Position numbers and translations under genes: made by a program
Part shown: piece after piece, positions 36,056 to 50,000 of the stretch
How positions within the stretch are numbered: the stretch's first letter is position 1
Layout of the letters: every line of letters begins with the position of its first letter
The notes under the pieces: generated by a model
What the model saw: only the letters and a program-made list of their open reading frames with translations
What the model was told of the DNA's origin: nothing
Database searches by the model: none
NCBI RefSeq assembly: GCF_001447785.1
Contig: NW_015160215.1
Coordinates: 1,045,616 to 1,109,615, forward strand
Direction of reading: 5' to 3'
DNA: 64,000 nt
Source: Gekko japonicus
Lineage: Eukaryota

Positions 36056-37175
36056 CCTGTCTTCCTAGGGTCTCCAAACGGTAGTATTTTACATTTGTTT
36101 TGGTTTATCCTAAATTGCTCCATTTCACAATAATTAATAAATTGATTGATTCAGTTTCTTAACGTCTGCCTAGTCAATGATAGTAGTAAGACATCGGCAT
36201 AAAGCATTATGCTAATTTGATGCTTCCTAATGATGGAGCCATTACATACACTTTTGACAGGAAGGGACTCAAATAATTTAAGTAGAGTACATAAAGTGTT
36301 GGAGTCAAAATGTAGCCCTGGTGCACTCCTTTTAACAGGTATACTATCTGTTAAAAGACCTTTCCTTGACCACCTGACTTGTAGAGTTGTACTAGTGTAC
36401 AGTAATTGAATTAAATACAATAAGTGTTTTGAAATTGCATACTTTTGTAGTTTGGCCGAATACCTTTTCTCTACTTATAGTATCATATGCCAATTTTAAG
36501 TTAAAAAAGGCAGCATATAGCCCATCCATCTTTAAATATTTCTCAGCCAAATGTGACAAGATTATATCATTATACATTATAGAATAGCCCTTCCTGAAGC
36601 CAAATTGTTCAGGTCTCAAAATATTGCAATCATCCATCCAAGAATTCAATTTGAGTTCCAAATGAATGCCATACAGTTTGCCCAGCACAGAAAGCAGGCA
36701 AATAGGCCTATATTCACAGGATCTAAGCAACTACTCTTGTTTTTGTAGATGGGTACCACAATTGATGACTGACAATCTTCAGGGATTCACCTGTTTGATC
36801 TAACACAGTTGAAAAAACAGCCAGAAGGGAAGCCCACCAAGTGGGGCTGAAGAGGAACAGTTCAGATGGAATGCCATCTGGACCTGCAGCCTTACCAGGT
36901 TTTAGGTGATTAATCAGCCTAAGATCCTCATCAGGTTCAACTTCCTCCCATATTTCTGTAACAAGGCTTTCAACTCAGAGATCTTATCACTGGCTTCAGT
37001 ACCTCTACTCTCACATATGAAACAGTCCACTCAAATTTCTGGAGAGATTTCCTCTTTGCTTTCAAGATTTCTCTGTTGCCTATTTAAATCATTAAGCGTT
37101 TTCCAGAACAATTGTGGGTGTTTTGATTCGGCACAGTTATCCAATTTTAGCAACATCAGTCTTGCACGTCTCTGC

Positions 37176-40100
37176 TTTGTCCCCCCAGTCGGAATAAAGA
37201 GACAGACACCAGTATGGATTTAACAAAGGCCACTTTATTAATTATTTAATAACAACAAATATTAGCAAGGGGTTGTCAGAAATGTACTGGGGAATATGAC
37301 AGGTGTCAAGCTCCTCCTGACCACCTTCATTTCCTTCTGGGCGATGCACCTGCTTCGATTGCAAGCCACCGAAGGTAGCTTTTTGACCAGCAGCTTGGCA
37401 TGTTCAAAAGAACCCCTGACCCACCACCACAGAAGTCGCAAAGGCCCGCTAAGGTAGGCCGGACCAGATTGTTTCAAGTATGATCACCCCTTCCCAGTCT
37501 TGAGCTGCAAAGGCCCGAAAGCCATTCCTGGAGGACTCTTTATTTCCTTTATTACAATGCCCCAGTGCTCACCATTTCCATCCTGATCGCGCTACCCAAG
37601 CCTCTGCTTAGGCCTTGGCCCCCACCATGCAATCCAGTGCCACCAGGACACCTCACCTTAGATCTGAAAGAAAAATGTTGTTGCCCTTGTTAGAAAGGTG
37701 CACCTCATCCCTCCTATACAGGTCAGGGAACTCGACCCATATATCAGGGTGCAACAGAAAGATGCCCAAACCACCCTCCATGGTGTTCTTAAGCTGCCGG
37801 TTGGCATTCCGCCTCGCCCGGTCCAAACACCTAGGATCTCCTAGGCTGCACCACACCTGCTGACAGGACCAGTTGCACCCCAGGCCAATGGTCCACAATG
37901 CCAGCCAAATCCACCTTGGCCTGAATGACTAGGGCCTTACCTTTCATGAAACCCAAGTCATTACCACCAAGGTGTATCAGGAGGACATCAGGCGGAGGAC
38001 CACGTCTATCCCCAAACAGTAGCGGCATCAACTTAGGCCAGTGCATGCCTCTTCGGCCGAACCACTCGACCTCTGCCCGCTCACTGCATCCCAACTGGGA
38101 TACGATGGTCATTCTCTTGGCACAGTGCGTGGCCCAGAACACCATACTGTGGCCACAGATAAGCACCCGGCTCCTCTGATGGCCACCAACAGCACCTGAA
38201 ACAGAAACTAGATTAACCATAACAAGACAAGAGCACTAGGCTCAAAAACTGCATGCTCCATTCCTGTTATAACAAAACTGAATGAGCAGCTCAGACTTTG
38301 CAGGTCCGCACATACGTCTTATAACCTGCTGACCTCCACCTGCCGATTCTTTGAATATCAGGTCCCTGGGAGGGCTTTAATGTCTTGGCCCCACTGGTGG
38401 ACCTCCTGATGGCACCTGGTATTTTTGGCCACTGTGTGACAGTGTCGGACTAGATGGGCCTTTGGCCTGATCCAACATTGACATCTCTTATGTTCTGATA
38501 TCCCATAGCTGCAGCAGTGGAAGCCGCCCCAATTCTGAAAGAGTGAGTACCAAATTGGAAATTACCAAGGCTCAAAGCAACCAGAGCCCTCTTGGTAATT
38601 GACCAAAATTGAAACCTGGTCAAGGGCAATCCATCTTTGTGCATAAACAGGAGACCTGCACTACTTCCCCTCAATGCCAAATATGAAGTAAGTGACACAA
38701 CCGGACACAGGTTGGACTCAAAACAAGGGCCCACTGAAATCATAAAATCTTAGAATGCCTAACTGTAATTTGTCGGCAATCCTCACTTACCTGGACATCC
38801 CCTATGCCTAACGCATAGCCCGACTTCTCCTGTCAGGATCGAGCCACCAGCTCACTGATTCTCAGGACCCCAAAGAATGCAACCAAGGCAGCCACATGGA
38901 ACAAGGCAGCCTCGTATGCATCTGTACATAAGGAAACCCATTGGGGTTTCAATCCCTTAAGTACAGGGGGGAAAGGTTCCCTTGTGTCCCAAGGAGCACC
39001 ATTCCCTTGGGCCCAGCCATCCAGCATTTTCCGAATACGGAAATCCCCAGTGTCATCCCTGAAACCCCTGGCCTTACTTGCAAAGGCAAGGGCTGATAGC
39101 TTGCCCCAGATGGAATGGACAGACAGACCCTTACCTTTCACAGACACGCAGAATTGGATCAGATGTGACACTGGGATAGGCCAGAGCTGCTGAAGGCCTA
39201 CTTCCTGTCTAAAAGCCACAAACTGTTGGTCGGCCCACAGATAAGCCCAGCATGTGCTGGGTGAAAGAGCTAAGCCCATTGTCCTCTCAGCTTCAGCCCT
39301 CCAATCTGCCACAGGCCTTCAGGCATTCTTACCGCTACTAGGTCAGAGTCCGGAGCCAACTGATGAAACCTCTCCATCTGTTTCTGAGACAGAGCATCAG
39401 CGACCCCATTACTGGTACTCCTGGCACGTGCCTGGCCTTAAACAATATATTATAGTGCAAGCATTGGAGGGCAAAAGCCCGGACAAGCACCATTACCCTG
39501 GGGGACCTAGACGTTAGGGAGTTGATGACCTGTACTGTTGCCATGTTATCACACCAAAAGTGAACTGTCTGGCTAGCCAGGTCATCAGCCCAGATGTACG
39601 CAGCTACCACTATGGGAAAAAAACTCCAAAAATGTCAGGTTCCGCATCCTCCCAGCATGAATCCACTCAGATGGCCAGTCCTCAGCAAACTAGTGAACAC
39701 CAAAGCCCGAAGAGCCTGCTGCATCAGAGGTGACCTGCAGTCCAGCCTCAAGTTGGAGATCATTCCTCCAAAAGGACACCCCATTATATGAGGTCAAGAA
39801 CTCCCGCCAAACTAACAGGTCATCTCTAATTCCTTGGGTAACCCTGGTCCTATGATGTGGACATTTTAAGCCTATCGTCAAGTCGCACAGTCTGCGCAGG
39901 AAATGCTCTCCCTGGGGCCACCACTCTACATGCAAAATTAAGGTACCCAATAAGCTGTTGCAACTCCTTGAGTGTCAATTTAGTTTTGGTACATGCTTCC
40001 TCCACTAACCGAAAAAGGTTAGCCAATTTATCAGAAGACAGGTGTGAAACCTGCTGCACAGTGTCCAACTCAATGCCTAGAAAAGTTAAGACCTCACTAG

Positions 40101-41535
40101 GGCCTTCCGTTTTCTCAACGGCTAATGGAACTCCAAGTTTGCTCAAAAATGGACAATAACTGTGCGCAAATTCCAGATCCAGCAGGGCCGACAAATAAAA
40201 AATCATCCAAATAATGGGCAGTACTGAACAAGCCTGTGTGTGCACGCAAAGCCCATTCCAAAAAGGAGCTGAACCTTTCAAATGCAGTGCAAGACACAAA
40301 GCATCCCATTGGGAGGGCCCTGTCTATCAAAGGAGAAACCCAGAAGGACAAAGTCAGCTGGATGGTCCGGCAGAAGACAAAAGGCTGACATGATATCACA
40401 TTTAGCCAACTCGGCCTCTAGCCTGCAGCTATGGACCATACCAACCGCCTCATCAAAAGAAGTGTACCTAACTGAGCAGAGTTCACTAGGTATGGCATAA
40501 TTCACCGAGCTGCCATGAGGATAAGACAAATGGTGAATGAGGCAATACTCCCCAGGTGCCTTTTTTGGTATTACACCTAAGGGTGATACCCGCAGGTTAG
40601 GCACCGGAGGAAAGGAAAAAGGACCAACTACCCTGCCTTCCAAACATTATTTCAGAATCTTGGCTCTAACCACCTGCTCCATGCCCCACACTGAGGGCAA
40701 GTTAGGAGCTGAAAATGAACACCTCTCACCCACATAGGGAATGTGAAACCCAAACTTAAACCTGTACAACAAATACTGCCCATCGGCAAACTTTGGGTAA
40801 AGGCGCAACAAGCGCTCTAACACAGGAACTTTTGTCAGGTAAGGCCTGACCGCCCCCCTGACGTCTGCCACCCTTGCCACCCTTGCCTGCAGGCCTGGGT
40901 TTTGCTTTGGGGCAAGATGGAAAAGCATGGGGGCCGGCACAGAGGGGGCATTCATGCCAAAAGGAACAAGGTTTCCTACTGCAATTCCCATGTGAGGAAA
41001 ACTCATAACACAGGGAATGCCTTTGGATTACTTGGCCACCCGGGGAACGCAGAATTGCATAGGCCGCATTGGCCCTCTTCACAACATGCCCACTGTCTGA
41101 ATGCTCCCCAAGCGTAGGCCTGGCAGGGGACATCGTCTGCATCCAGATATGTGGATGGATTAGGTCCCAACGGAGTGCCGGGTACATAGCTGCCTTCATA
41201 CGGAAGGCCCTATCATATTCCATCCAGGCGGACCCGGCAAAATCCAAATAACCTTTATGGATTCTATCCCTATACTGAAGCAGCGATGAAGCCCTTTCTG
41301 GCCTTGCCCTAACAATCACCCCAGCATAAATTAAGAAGCCGAGGTACCAATTAGCATAGATTTTGTCTACGCTGCGGCGCTTCAAGGGCTCCTTATCCCG
41401 TTTGTCCAATTCTTCCCTATCCTTCTTATCCAATGCAGGGCTTTCTACTTCCAAGAAGTCTCCCTGTCGCCGAAGCTGCTGCTGCTGCCGAGCACACCAA
41501 AGGACTGGTAAAGTAGGGGGCAAGAGCCAGACCTA
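37176..41535 (-). mobile_element. Ngaro/DIRS retrotransposon (gag, RT/RNase H, tyrosine recombinase, SGNH hydrolase), 5'-truncated and frameshifted
   Basis: gag zinc finger CYEF..C..C.FWHECPLC..H; RT LIHHLSYP, HYLDDF; RNase H SDAAG, FWCDN; YR FFGVLRISEL, HSFRIGAA; SGNH ICGHSMV, HLGGND, DEVHLS. Confidence 0.93.
38369..38494 (+). mobile_element. Short CR1 3' end inserted in the Ngaro YR gene
   Basis: Matches about 22808-22940; YR frame GYQ|GPDIQRIGRW rejoins across it. Confidence 0.85.
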
Positions 41536-43635
41536 AACATAAATAAAGTTATCTATCTAATTGGATGATATTAATTTCTGGAGTCCATTTAAAGTTAAAT
41601 TTTGCTGTTAAATTCAGCAAACAGGTGCCAACAACATTAATGCCCCCTATGGAAAGTTATTCTACTGTTGCCCAGTTGAGAGAAGGCCAAGCCCTCTCCA
41701 AACCTAGATTTCAGAAAATCCACATTTCTGGCACCAAATCTCGCATTCATGAGAATAATCTGTGCTGTTGCATATCTGATAACCACATTTCCAACATATT
41801 TATCAAAAGCTAACCAGAATTTTGTAATAAGAACTAAAGTTTTTAAGCAAGGAACATACATATTAACTATCAAAAAAGTTCCACCTAATATCTTAACTAA
41901 GAGAGTTATTGCACTATTGTACAAAAACAAATCTGAATTATGTTTAAATTTAAATCCTTTATCACCCAGGTTTAAGGCTACCCTTTGGATGTCCTCTATT
42001 AGTCACACTACAAGAGACTTGTAGATTAAAAGTTTCAAAGCCATCTAGTTTAATTGGGGTTTTAGCCCAAGTCTCTTTTAAACAAATGATGTGGAAATCC
42101 TTCAACATTTCTATCACCTCTCAATCCCCTTCTTTACTGTGCCAACCATGAATATTCCATGACAATAATTTAATCATATCATTCCATAAGGGCATGTCTC
42201 ATTGTTTGCAAGTAATTTTATTTGTATCTGGATTGATAACAGCAACATTGGATCTGTGAACAGCAGGTTTAGACAAAATAACGTCCCCTTTTGAAGATAA
42301 GTGGGAACCAGTTGACAGTAACTTTCCCTCACTTGGTTGCTTATGAATTATTAGGGCAGATTCCTCTGTGATTGTGATTAGTTTTGGCCCAGTTGCTACA
42401 GGAACAGTTTGTTAATTTGCTCTTGTGGTATTGCTGTGTTTTGTGAGGAATATATAAGACCAATTAGGTCCATGGTTTCGAACACCTCTTGCGATTCTGA
42501 CTTCAGAGCAATTGTGTTATGCTCCATAGATGTTGTAAGATCATATTCATCAGCTGAAATGTGAGTTTTGTATTTTCAATTTTTGTAAGCATATCTTTCT
42601 GTTCTGCTCCACACAGAGCAGATTCACACAGCATTTCTTTGTCTGAATCTTCCTGGGGGATCTCCTTAGAACGAACAAGTAGATTATTAGAGTGAGCTGT
42701 CTTGGGCTCATTGCCCTCTTGTGCAAAAACATCTACTGATCTTGCTTCTTTCATCCCCTCTTTTTTCTAGACATTAGGGGATTGATGTTTTGATTCCTAA
42801 AAACCCTAGCAAGGTAAATACCATTAGAGCCTAACACATTAAAAGATTCAGAATCATAGAAGTTTTAAAATTAAGCATAACTCTCTGAGTTCAAAAAGTT
42901 TTCCTCAAAACTGTTTGATCTATCAGATTAATTCTGTTCATAGGTAATTGTAGTAATTTGGCCAGATGAGATTTAATCTGGTACCTAGGTCCCCAGACTG
43001 GAAGAATACCACTATAAGAAGTGATTAGTAGGTTGACCATATATGGCTAAACTGGAATGAATACTTATAGTCCTCAATGGAAAGTAGTATCAGTTTTGAT
43101 TCTAAGCCTGGAGATGAAAGATTTTTTCTTTGGTACCCCATTGTGCCTCCAGCTGCTCTCTGTTTTATACTAGTTTACATTTTGTGAGTTTTTAATTCCT
43201 GCTCTGAATGAATTTCCCCCAAAATTTCCTCCAATTTTACATAAATCTTGCTCACAGTATCTGGAATTAGCAGGGCCTGAGAAGCTAACAAGGCTAAAAC
43301 ACTATTCTCTTGTCCAGAAGAAATTTCATTTCCACCCAGATTATCCAGATGTTGCTCCCCTTGAAGAGAGTCACTTTAAAGTCTTGACATCTTGTATCTG
43401 TTCTTAGGAGGAATGTCATGGATGGAGGATTAACTCTTGAGACGTAACTATCCAGTCTTAATTGCTTAGGGGGAAGGTAGCTCGTAAATCAGAGTTTTCC
43501 TTAATCTCTTATTTGACGGCACCATTGTGTGTACTCTAGATATCTACAGAGATGCAGCTAGTGCCAGTCCTTCTCAGTGTTAACAACCAACAGCTGAGCA
43601 CTCAAAGATAGGAAACTAAATTGCGAAGATGTTCA

Positions 43636-43922
43636 GAGAGCCAGTTTGGTGTAGTGGTTAAGTGCGTGGACTCTAATCTGGGAGAACCGGGTTTGATTCC
43701 CCACTCCTCCACTTGCACCTGCTGGATGATCTTAGGCAAGCCATAGTTCTGATAACAGCTGTCCTTGAAAAAGAGCAGTTTCTGTCACTCAGGCCCACCT
43801 ACCTCACAGGGTGTCTGTTGTGGGGAGGGGAAGGGAAAGGAGTTTATAAGCCACTCTGAGACTCCCTTGGGTAGTGAAGGGCGGGGTATAAATCCAATCT
43901 CCTCCTCCTCCTCCTCCTTCTT
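43636..43922 (+). mobile_element. tRNA-derived SINE (Squam3/MIR-like)
   Basis: A box TGGTGTAGTGG; B box GGTTTGATTCC; GGGCGGGGTATAAAT plus (CTC)n tail; close relative at 52016. Confidence 0.9.
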
Positions 43923-46314
43923 CCGAGTTCTTTAGTTGTTTCACTCTTCTTTCACTCTTTAGTCCCACAGCTGACATATTATGAACAGGAGTGTAGCTGT
44001 TATCCCTAATAATTTGCCTTGTTTTAAAAGAAACTCCAGTTTGCTGCTTCTCACAAGCAATGTGTCAGGAGTCAGGAATCCTGGAGTTCAAAGGGAAGTC
44101 CAAACATTCCAGAATACTTCTTGTAGCCAAGGAAGCAGTCTGTAAACTGGATTTCAACAGTTATTCAAAAGCATAGGAAAAAAGAAAACTTTTCAAAAGC
44201 AAGGCAAGAGGAGCTTAACAGGAAGCGTCTGCTCAAGTGTCCATCTTGCCTCTCCCAAAGCAAATGTCTACAGTTTGAAACACGGCATTCTTGTTGTCCA
44301 ATTGTAACTTTTTCAATATGCTTTTGAATCCACTCCCTCCATGGCTCAGAATGGAATACTGGTGTCTTTGAGGCTTCTGTTCCTCCTTTCATTTCCCAGT
44401 AACACAATTTCAGTATAGCTATCATTTCTCTTGAAGCTCTTTCATACATTATTGCAATCCTGTCTGGATAAAAGTATTTCCAGACCTTTCGCTCATTGCA
44501 GACTTTCCAGGTGTTTAGTTCTTTCTTTCTCCTCTCTTCCCTGCCTACCCAAACTCCAAGATAATTTTTCATGTCATTACAGTTTTGCCCTGTTCAAATT
44601 TGGTTATTTTTACCTACCTGGTTCTGAGGCTATTAAGCAGTTTGCAGCCTGGATGTTTTGAAAGGGAAGTAATCAGTGTAATATGATGTCATTGAATACA
44701 GACACTCCAAAGTGAAAATTTCCAATTAACAATAGCCAATATTGTCCTATTTGGGAGTGAGGGTGGGGGGTGGAAACAGAGTCAAAGGTATTTTGTCAGA
44801 GAAAGATTTCTAAGTAGCATGGGGTCTCTTATTCTCAGCTGTCAAAATGTGAAGAAAGGGATTTACCAGTACGACTTCCAAATTGTTGTGAACTTGGTGA
44901 AACAAAATTACCACCCAGAGAGAGGGCAGCAAAGAAGACTGCTTTACATACAGAAAACTGGGGAAAGACTCAAATGCTAAATGGATGGACAAAAAGAGGC
45001 ACCAAGCAGAGAGGAATGAAGATATTTAATATGTCGTGGCTTCCGGTCTGGCTAAGATGGAGGACTGAAGCGTTTCGCGATCGTGCGAAGCGAGCGACGG
45101 CCACTTTTGACAGTTTGGGCAATACACAGCCCAACGCATCACTCCCCAGCGAGGGGGAGGGACAAGCAGGCAGCAGCGCCCTAGAGGGAGTGTGAGGTTG
45201 GCGTAATCCAGCTTCGGAAGAAGCTGAATTGGGCTTTGACCTCCTCCCACGAAGAAGGCAAGTGCCAAGCAACTCTATAGTGGCCGATCGAGCCGGATTA
45301 CCGGCATAAATTCTTCGTCAGCCGACCTCTTTGAAGAAGGACAACAACTGTGAGTTAAAAGAAACAATGCGAAACCCGTTTTGAACATGCTAGATAACAA
45401 AAACGTGCCGCTTACCTGAACTGAGTTTGGAGTCAATTTGAATTAAGCGGTTGAGCGGAAAATGAATAGTAAATCCCAGAAATCCGATTCCGGAGAGAAA
45501 AAAGTTGATTGAAGCCTTTAAAAACTGTAAAAACGCTTATTGTTTAACATTCCTGTGGTGAAGATGGAGCCGTGTGCGCAACTGTAAAATCGAAACTCAC
45601 GAACAATAGCGTGGGAAGAGCAGGCTGGTGTCACAAAGAAAGAGGTCCGTGTGAAACATCCAGGAAGTTGAATTCCTAGACGGGCATTAGCGAAAGGAAG
45701 ACAGTGGAACTTTTAAAGGTGCCGGACCGGAAGTGAGTTTTATGCGGAAGGAAGGGCCTGCAAAATACCAATCTGACCTACTCTACATGAAATTACCATA
45801 GAGAAGTTGCGCCCGACATTTTGAGGAGGACTTCAACTAAATTTGCTTTTTTAATATATTTCTAAGGGTCTTTGGAAAGCGTAAACAGAGAGGCATGGAG
45901 GACTAAATCTTATCATCTAGAAGAGTGCTTTATTTTGCGAATCTGTGAATTGGAAAGAAATCGCCAAGACGGAGACCAGGAGAGGCAAGAAAAGAGCCGA
46001 CTCAGACCCAGAACTTAAACCGGTTGTGAGACCTAGGATTGGATCTACTTCAACCCCCAAAATGTCAAGAATCAGCCCTTACATTTGAGAACATCTGCAT
46101 AGCGACTGAGGCAAACCCAAGATTTATACTATGGTTCATGTGTGTCCAGAGCAACAGAGATGGTGCCAAAAGTGCCCCCAAAATGTTACCATTATTCATA
46201 AAGATTATTTCCTGGTTTAGTCTCTTGTGAAGTGAACATGGCTGGAGATGTGTGTCACATACACATTTTACAGGAAACTAATTCCATACATAATTCCCTT
46301 TTTCTTGCGTCATT

Positions 46315-47043
46315 GTGCCTTTTTCCTACAAAAGGACTAGTTGTCACGAAGTCCAAGAGAAGAACATAACAGCATTGAAGGAATTGGTTACTACAGAAAT
46401 AACTTCAATCAAGCAAGAAATGGAAGGAGTTAAGAAGGATGTTCAAGCAAATGCAACCAAGACTACAGAGACAGAGGAGAAGATACAAAAAATAGAAGAG
46501 AAACAAGATTCTTTGACTCAACAAATTACAAGATCAGAGACAATGATGGAGTTCAGAAGGATGCAGACTCATCTGAGATTCAGAGGCATTAAGGAAACAG
46601 AGAATGAGAACTTAAAAGAAAAAATGATGGAAGTGATAACGGCTTTTCTGGGCGAGGAGGAAGGGTCAATGGACTCAGACTTTGATTTGATTTATAGAGT
46701 GAACTCCAGAATTGCAGAAAAGAAGAATTTACCAAGGGATGTAATTGTACAATTTGTAACAAGATCAATAACAGAGGAGATATTCAAGAAGCAATTCAAC
46801 GTCCCTTTTGTAATAGAGGGAAACAAAATTATGGTGATGAGAGAACTCCCAAGAACAATACTGCAAGACAGGAAAAGGTATAAATCCTTGGCGGACAAAC
46901 TCAGAGCTTTGAGCATCAGATATAGATGGGAGATTCCACAAGGTTTATCCTTTACGTATCAAGGTGGGAGGATTCAGATCAGATCGATGATGGACTTTTA
47001 TAAATTTAAGGCGGACAATGCGGACGTCTTTGGAGAACTTTAA
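46315..47043 (+). CDS. L1 ORF1 (coiled coil, RRM, CTD); N-terminus apparently disrupted
   Basis: HLRFRGIKE, YRVNSR..LPRDVIVQF, YRWEIPQG. Confidence 0.85.
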   Translation: MPFSYKRTSCHEVQEKNITALKELVTTEITSIKQEMEGVKKDVQANATKTTETEEKIQKIEEKQDSLTQQITRSETMMEFRRMQTHLRFRGIKETENENLKEKMMEVITAFLGEEEGSMDSDFDLIYRVNSRIAEKKNLPRDVIVQFVTRSITEEIFKKQFNVPFVIEGNKIMVMRELPRTILQDRKRYKSLADKLRALSIRYRWEIPQGLSFTYQGGRIQIRSMMDFYKFKADNADVFGEL

Positions 47044-47056
47044 AATAAAACGCATA

Positions 47057-50000
47057 ATGGAGTACAAATTGTTGTCATGGAATGTTAATGGATTAAATTC
47101 ACCAAACAAGAGGAAAAGAATCAATCATTGGATACAGAAACAGAAATGCAACGTGATATGCTTGCAAGAAACACATATTAGAAAACAGGATATAAAATAT
47201 TTAAAGAATGCTTTATTTGGAATTGAATTTTGTTCTGCGGCCTCAAACAAGAAAAAAGGAGTTGTGACATATGTGAAGAAGGAGTTACAACCTACAGAAA
47301 TTTTTAAGGACATAGATGGCAGATACGTGGGTGTGGAATTAATGATTCAGCAGAAAAAAACATTGTTGATCAACGTGTACGCACCCAATGGAGCAAAGGA
47401 AAAATTTTTTAAGGATATAACTGACCAATTACAACAATTGACTTATGAGCAAGTTATTATGGCCGGAGACTTTAATGGGACAATAGATCGTCTAGACAGA
47501 AAACCACAAAAGGACAACGAATTCAGCGGAAAATTGCCAAAGAATTTTTTTGAATTAGTTAAGCAAGAAAAATTAGAAGATGTTTGGAGGAAATGGAACC
47601 CGATGCAGAAAGACTTTACTTTTTATTCCAATAGACATTGCTCTTTTTCCAGAATTGATATGATTTGGATGTCTGAAGAATTATCAATGAAAACACATAA
47701 GACTGAAATTTTGCCAAGATGTAATTCAGATCACAATCCGGTGGTATGGAGTTCCACAGAAAGGAAAAAACCCTTTCTGTGGAGGATTAATGAAGACTTG
47801 TTGGATAAGAAAACGGTAATTGAGATGTTAAAGGAAGAAACGAAACAATTCTTTCAACAAAATTTAAATAAAGAAACACCGATACAGATTGTATGGGATG
47901 CTTATAAAGCGGTGATGAGAGGAATTCTCATCTCGCAAAACGTGAAGCAAAAAAAGGAAAAACTTCAAAAACAAACAGAAGTGTTAGAAAAAATTGCTCA
48001 GAAAGAAAAGGAATTAAAAAAGAAGCCTGGAAAAAAGCAAATTATTAAAGAATTAAAGTTGCTGAAGGAACAACTGAATGAGACTTGGAATCAGGAAATG
48101 TATTGGAATTTAAAGAAGTTACAACAGAAATCTTTTGAAGGGGCGAACAAACCGGGAAAATACTTAGCTTGGCAACTTAAGGCTAGAAGAGAGAGAAGAA
48201 TGATAACCAAAATAATAGAAGATGGAAAAGAGTTCGTTGATCCTAATGGAATAAAGAGATGTTTCTTCAAGTATTATGCTAAACTATTCCAAACAACTAG
48301 AGTTGATCTTGAGAAGATTAAAACATATTTAAAGGAGATTCCACTACCAAAAATAAGTAAGGAATACAAAGATTTATTAAATGGTCCAATTCAAAAAGAA
48401 GAAGTGATGAAGGCAATAGAAGAGACAAAGTTGGGGAAGGCGCCTGGGCCGGACGGATTTACAGCGAAATTCTACAAAAAGATGAAAGAAGAAATTTCCC
48501 CGGTCCTGGAAGCTTTAACCAACGAAATAAGAGAAAACAAAAAGGTGCCGGACTCATGGAAAGAAGCAATTATTTCTTTGATTCCAAAGGAAGGACAAGA
48601 TTCAACAAATGTAAAGAACTACAGGCCAATATCTCTTTTGAACAACGATTATAAAATCTTTGCAAAAATTATTGCAGAAAGGGTGAAAAACTATTTACAA
48701 ACGGTAATTTCTGAAGATCAAGCGGGCTTTTTACCCAAAAGGCAGATTAGAGACAATGTAAGAATAGTAATGGACGCAATTGAATATTATGAAAAGCACC
48801 CAGAAAAAGAAGTAGCTTTTCTGTTTGTTGATGCAGAAAAAGCTTTTGACAATCTTAATTGGAATTTTATGCACCAGATGATGGAAAAGATTGAAGCGGG
48901 ACAACATTTTAGAAATTGTATTGAAGCTATCTATTCTGAACAAAGAGCTAAAATAAATGTGAATAAAGAACTGACAGATAACTTCAAAGTACAGAAAGGA
49001 ACAAGGCAAGGTTGTCCGTTATCACCGTTATTATTTATCTGGGTATTGGAAATACTTTTACAAAAAATACAGTACGATCAAGAAATAAAGGGCTTGACAC
49101 ATAAAGGACACCAATACAAATATCGAGCATTTGCAGACGATGTAATGTTTATGGTGGAAAACCCAACAGAAAAATTGACATTGCTTTTTCAAAAAATAAA
49201 GGAGTTTGGAGAATTGGCCGGCTTTTACGTAAATAAGAATAAAACAAAACTTATATGTAAAAACATGATCAAACAAAAACAAGTGGAACTACAAGAACTG
49301 GTACAATGTGAAGTAGTTAAAAAAACAAAATACCTTGGAATTGAATTAACGGCAAAAAATATAGACCTATATAAGAATAATTATGAGAAATTATGGACTA
49401 AGCTGACTCAAGATTTTAAGAAATGGGATAAAATGAACTTATCACTGATGGGAAGAATATCAGTTATAAAAATGAATGTCCTACCACGTTTGATGTTCCT
49501 GTTCCAAACAATACCAATTCTGCATAAAACGGATTTGTTGGCCAAGTGGCAACAAGAGTTGTCAAAATTTGTTTGGGCAGGCAAGAAACCAAGGATCAAA
49601 ATGAAAATACTTTGTGATGCCAAAGAAAGAGGAGGTCTACAAATGCCAAATCTTAGACTATATTATGAAGCGGTTTGTCTAACATGGATGGATCAATGGG
49701 TGAAGCTTGAAAATGACAGATTGTTGGGGTTGGAAGGGCATGATTGTAGATTTGGCTGGCATGCATATTTATGGTATGACAAGATAAAAATGGACAGTTT
49801 TTTTAAACTTCACTTGGTGAGAAAAGCTTTGTATATGGTATGGACAAGATATAAGAAGTACCAGAGTGACTTAAGACCATTGTGGATTGTACCAGTAGAA
49901 GTGTTGATATCTTACTCAAGACAGCGAGGTAGAGACTGGTTGCCATATAGAGATTTAATTAAAAAAGAGGGAACAGAGTGGGTAATGAAAAAGCAGAATG

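Larger units (their letters stand above)
34030..43524 (-). mobile_element. Near full-length degraded APE-RT LINE (RTE-X/Daphne-like) hosting a Ngaro element and a MITE
   Basis: KLLSWNIHGW (about 42170); YRPICLLSVLGKLY; EQFGFRKG; LYAD; ILPAAIYG..LERLQTSFF; ORF1-like region 42200-43524. Confidence 0.85.

Noticed and set aside
43636-43720. tRNA gene (also 52016)
   Set aside because: A and B boxes belong to SINE heads; no cloverleaf seen
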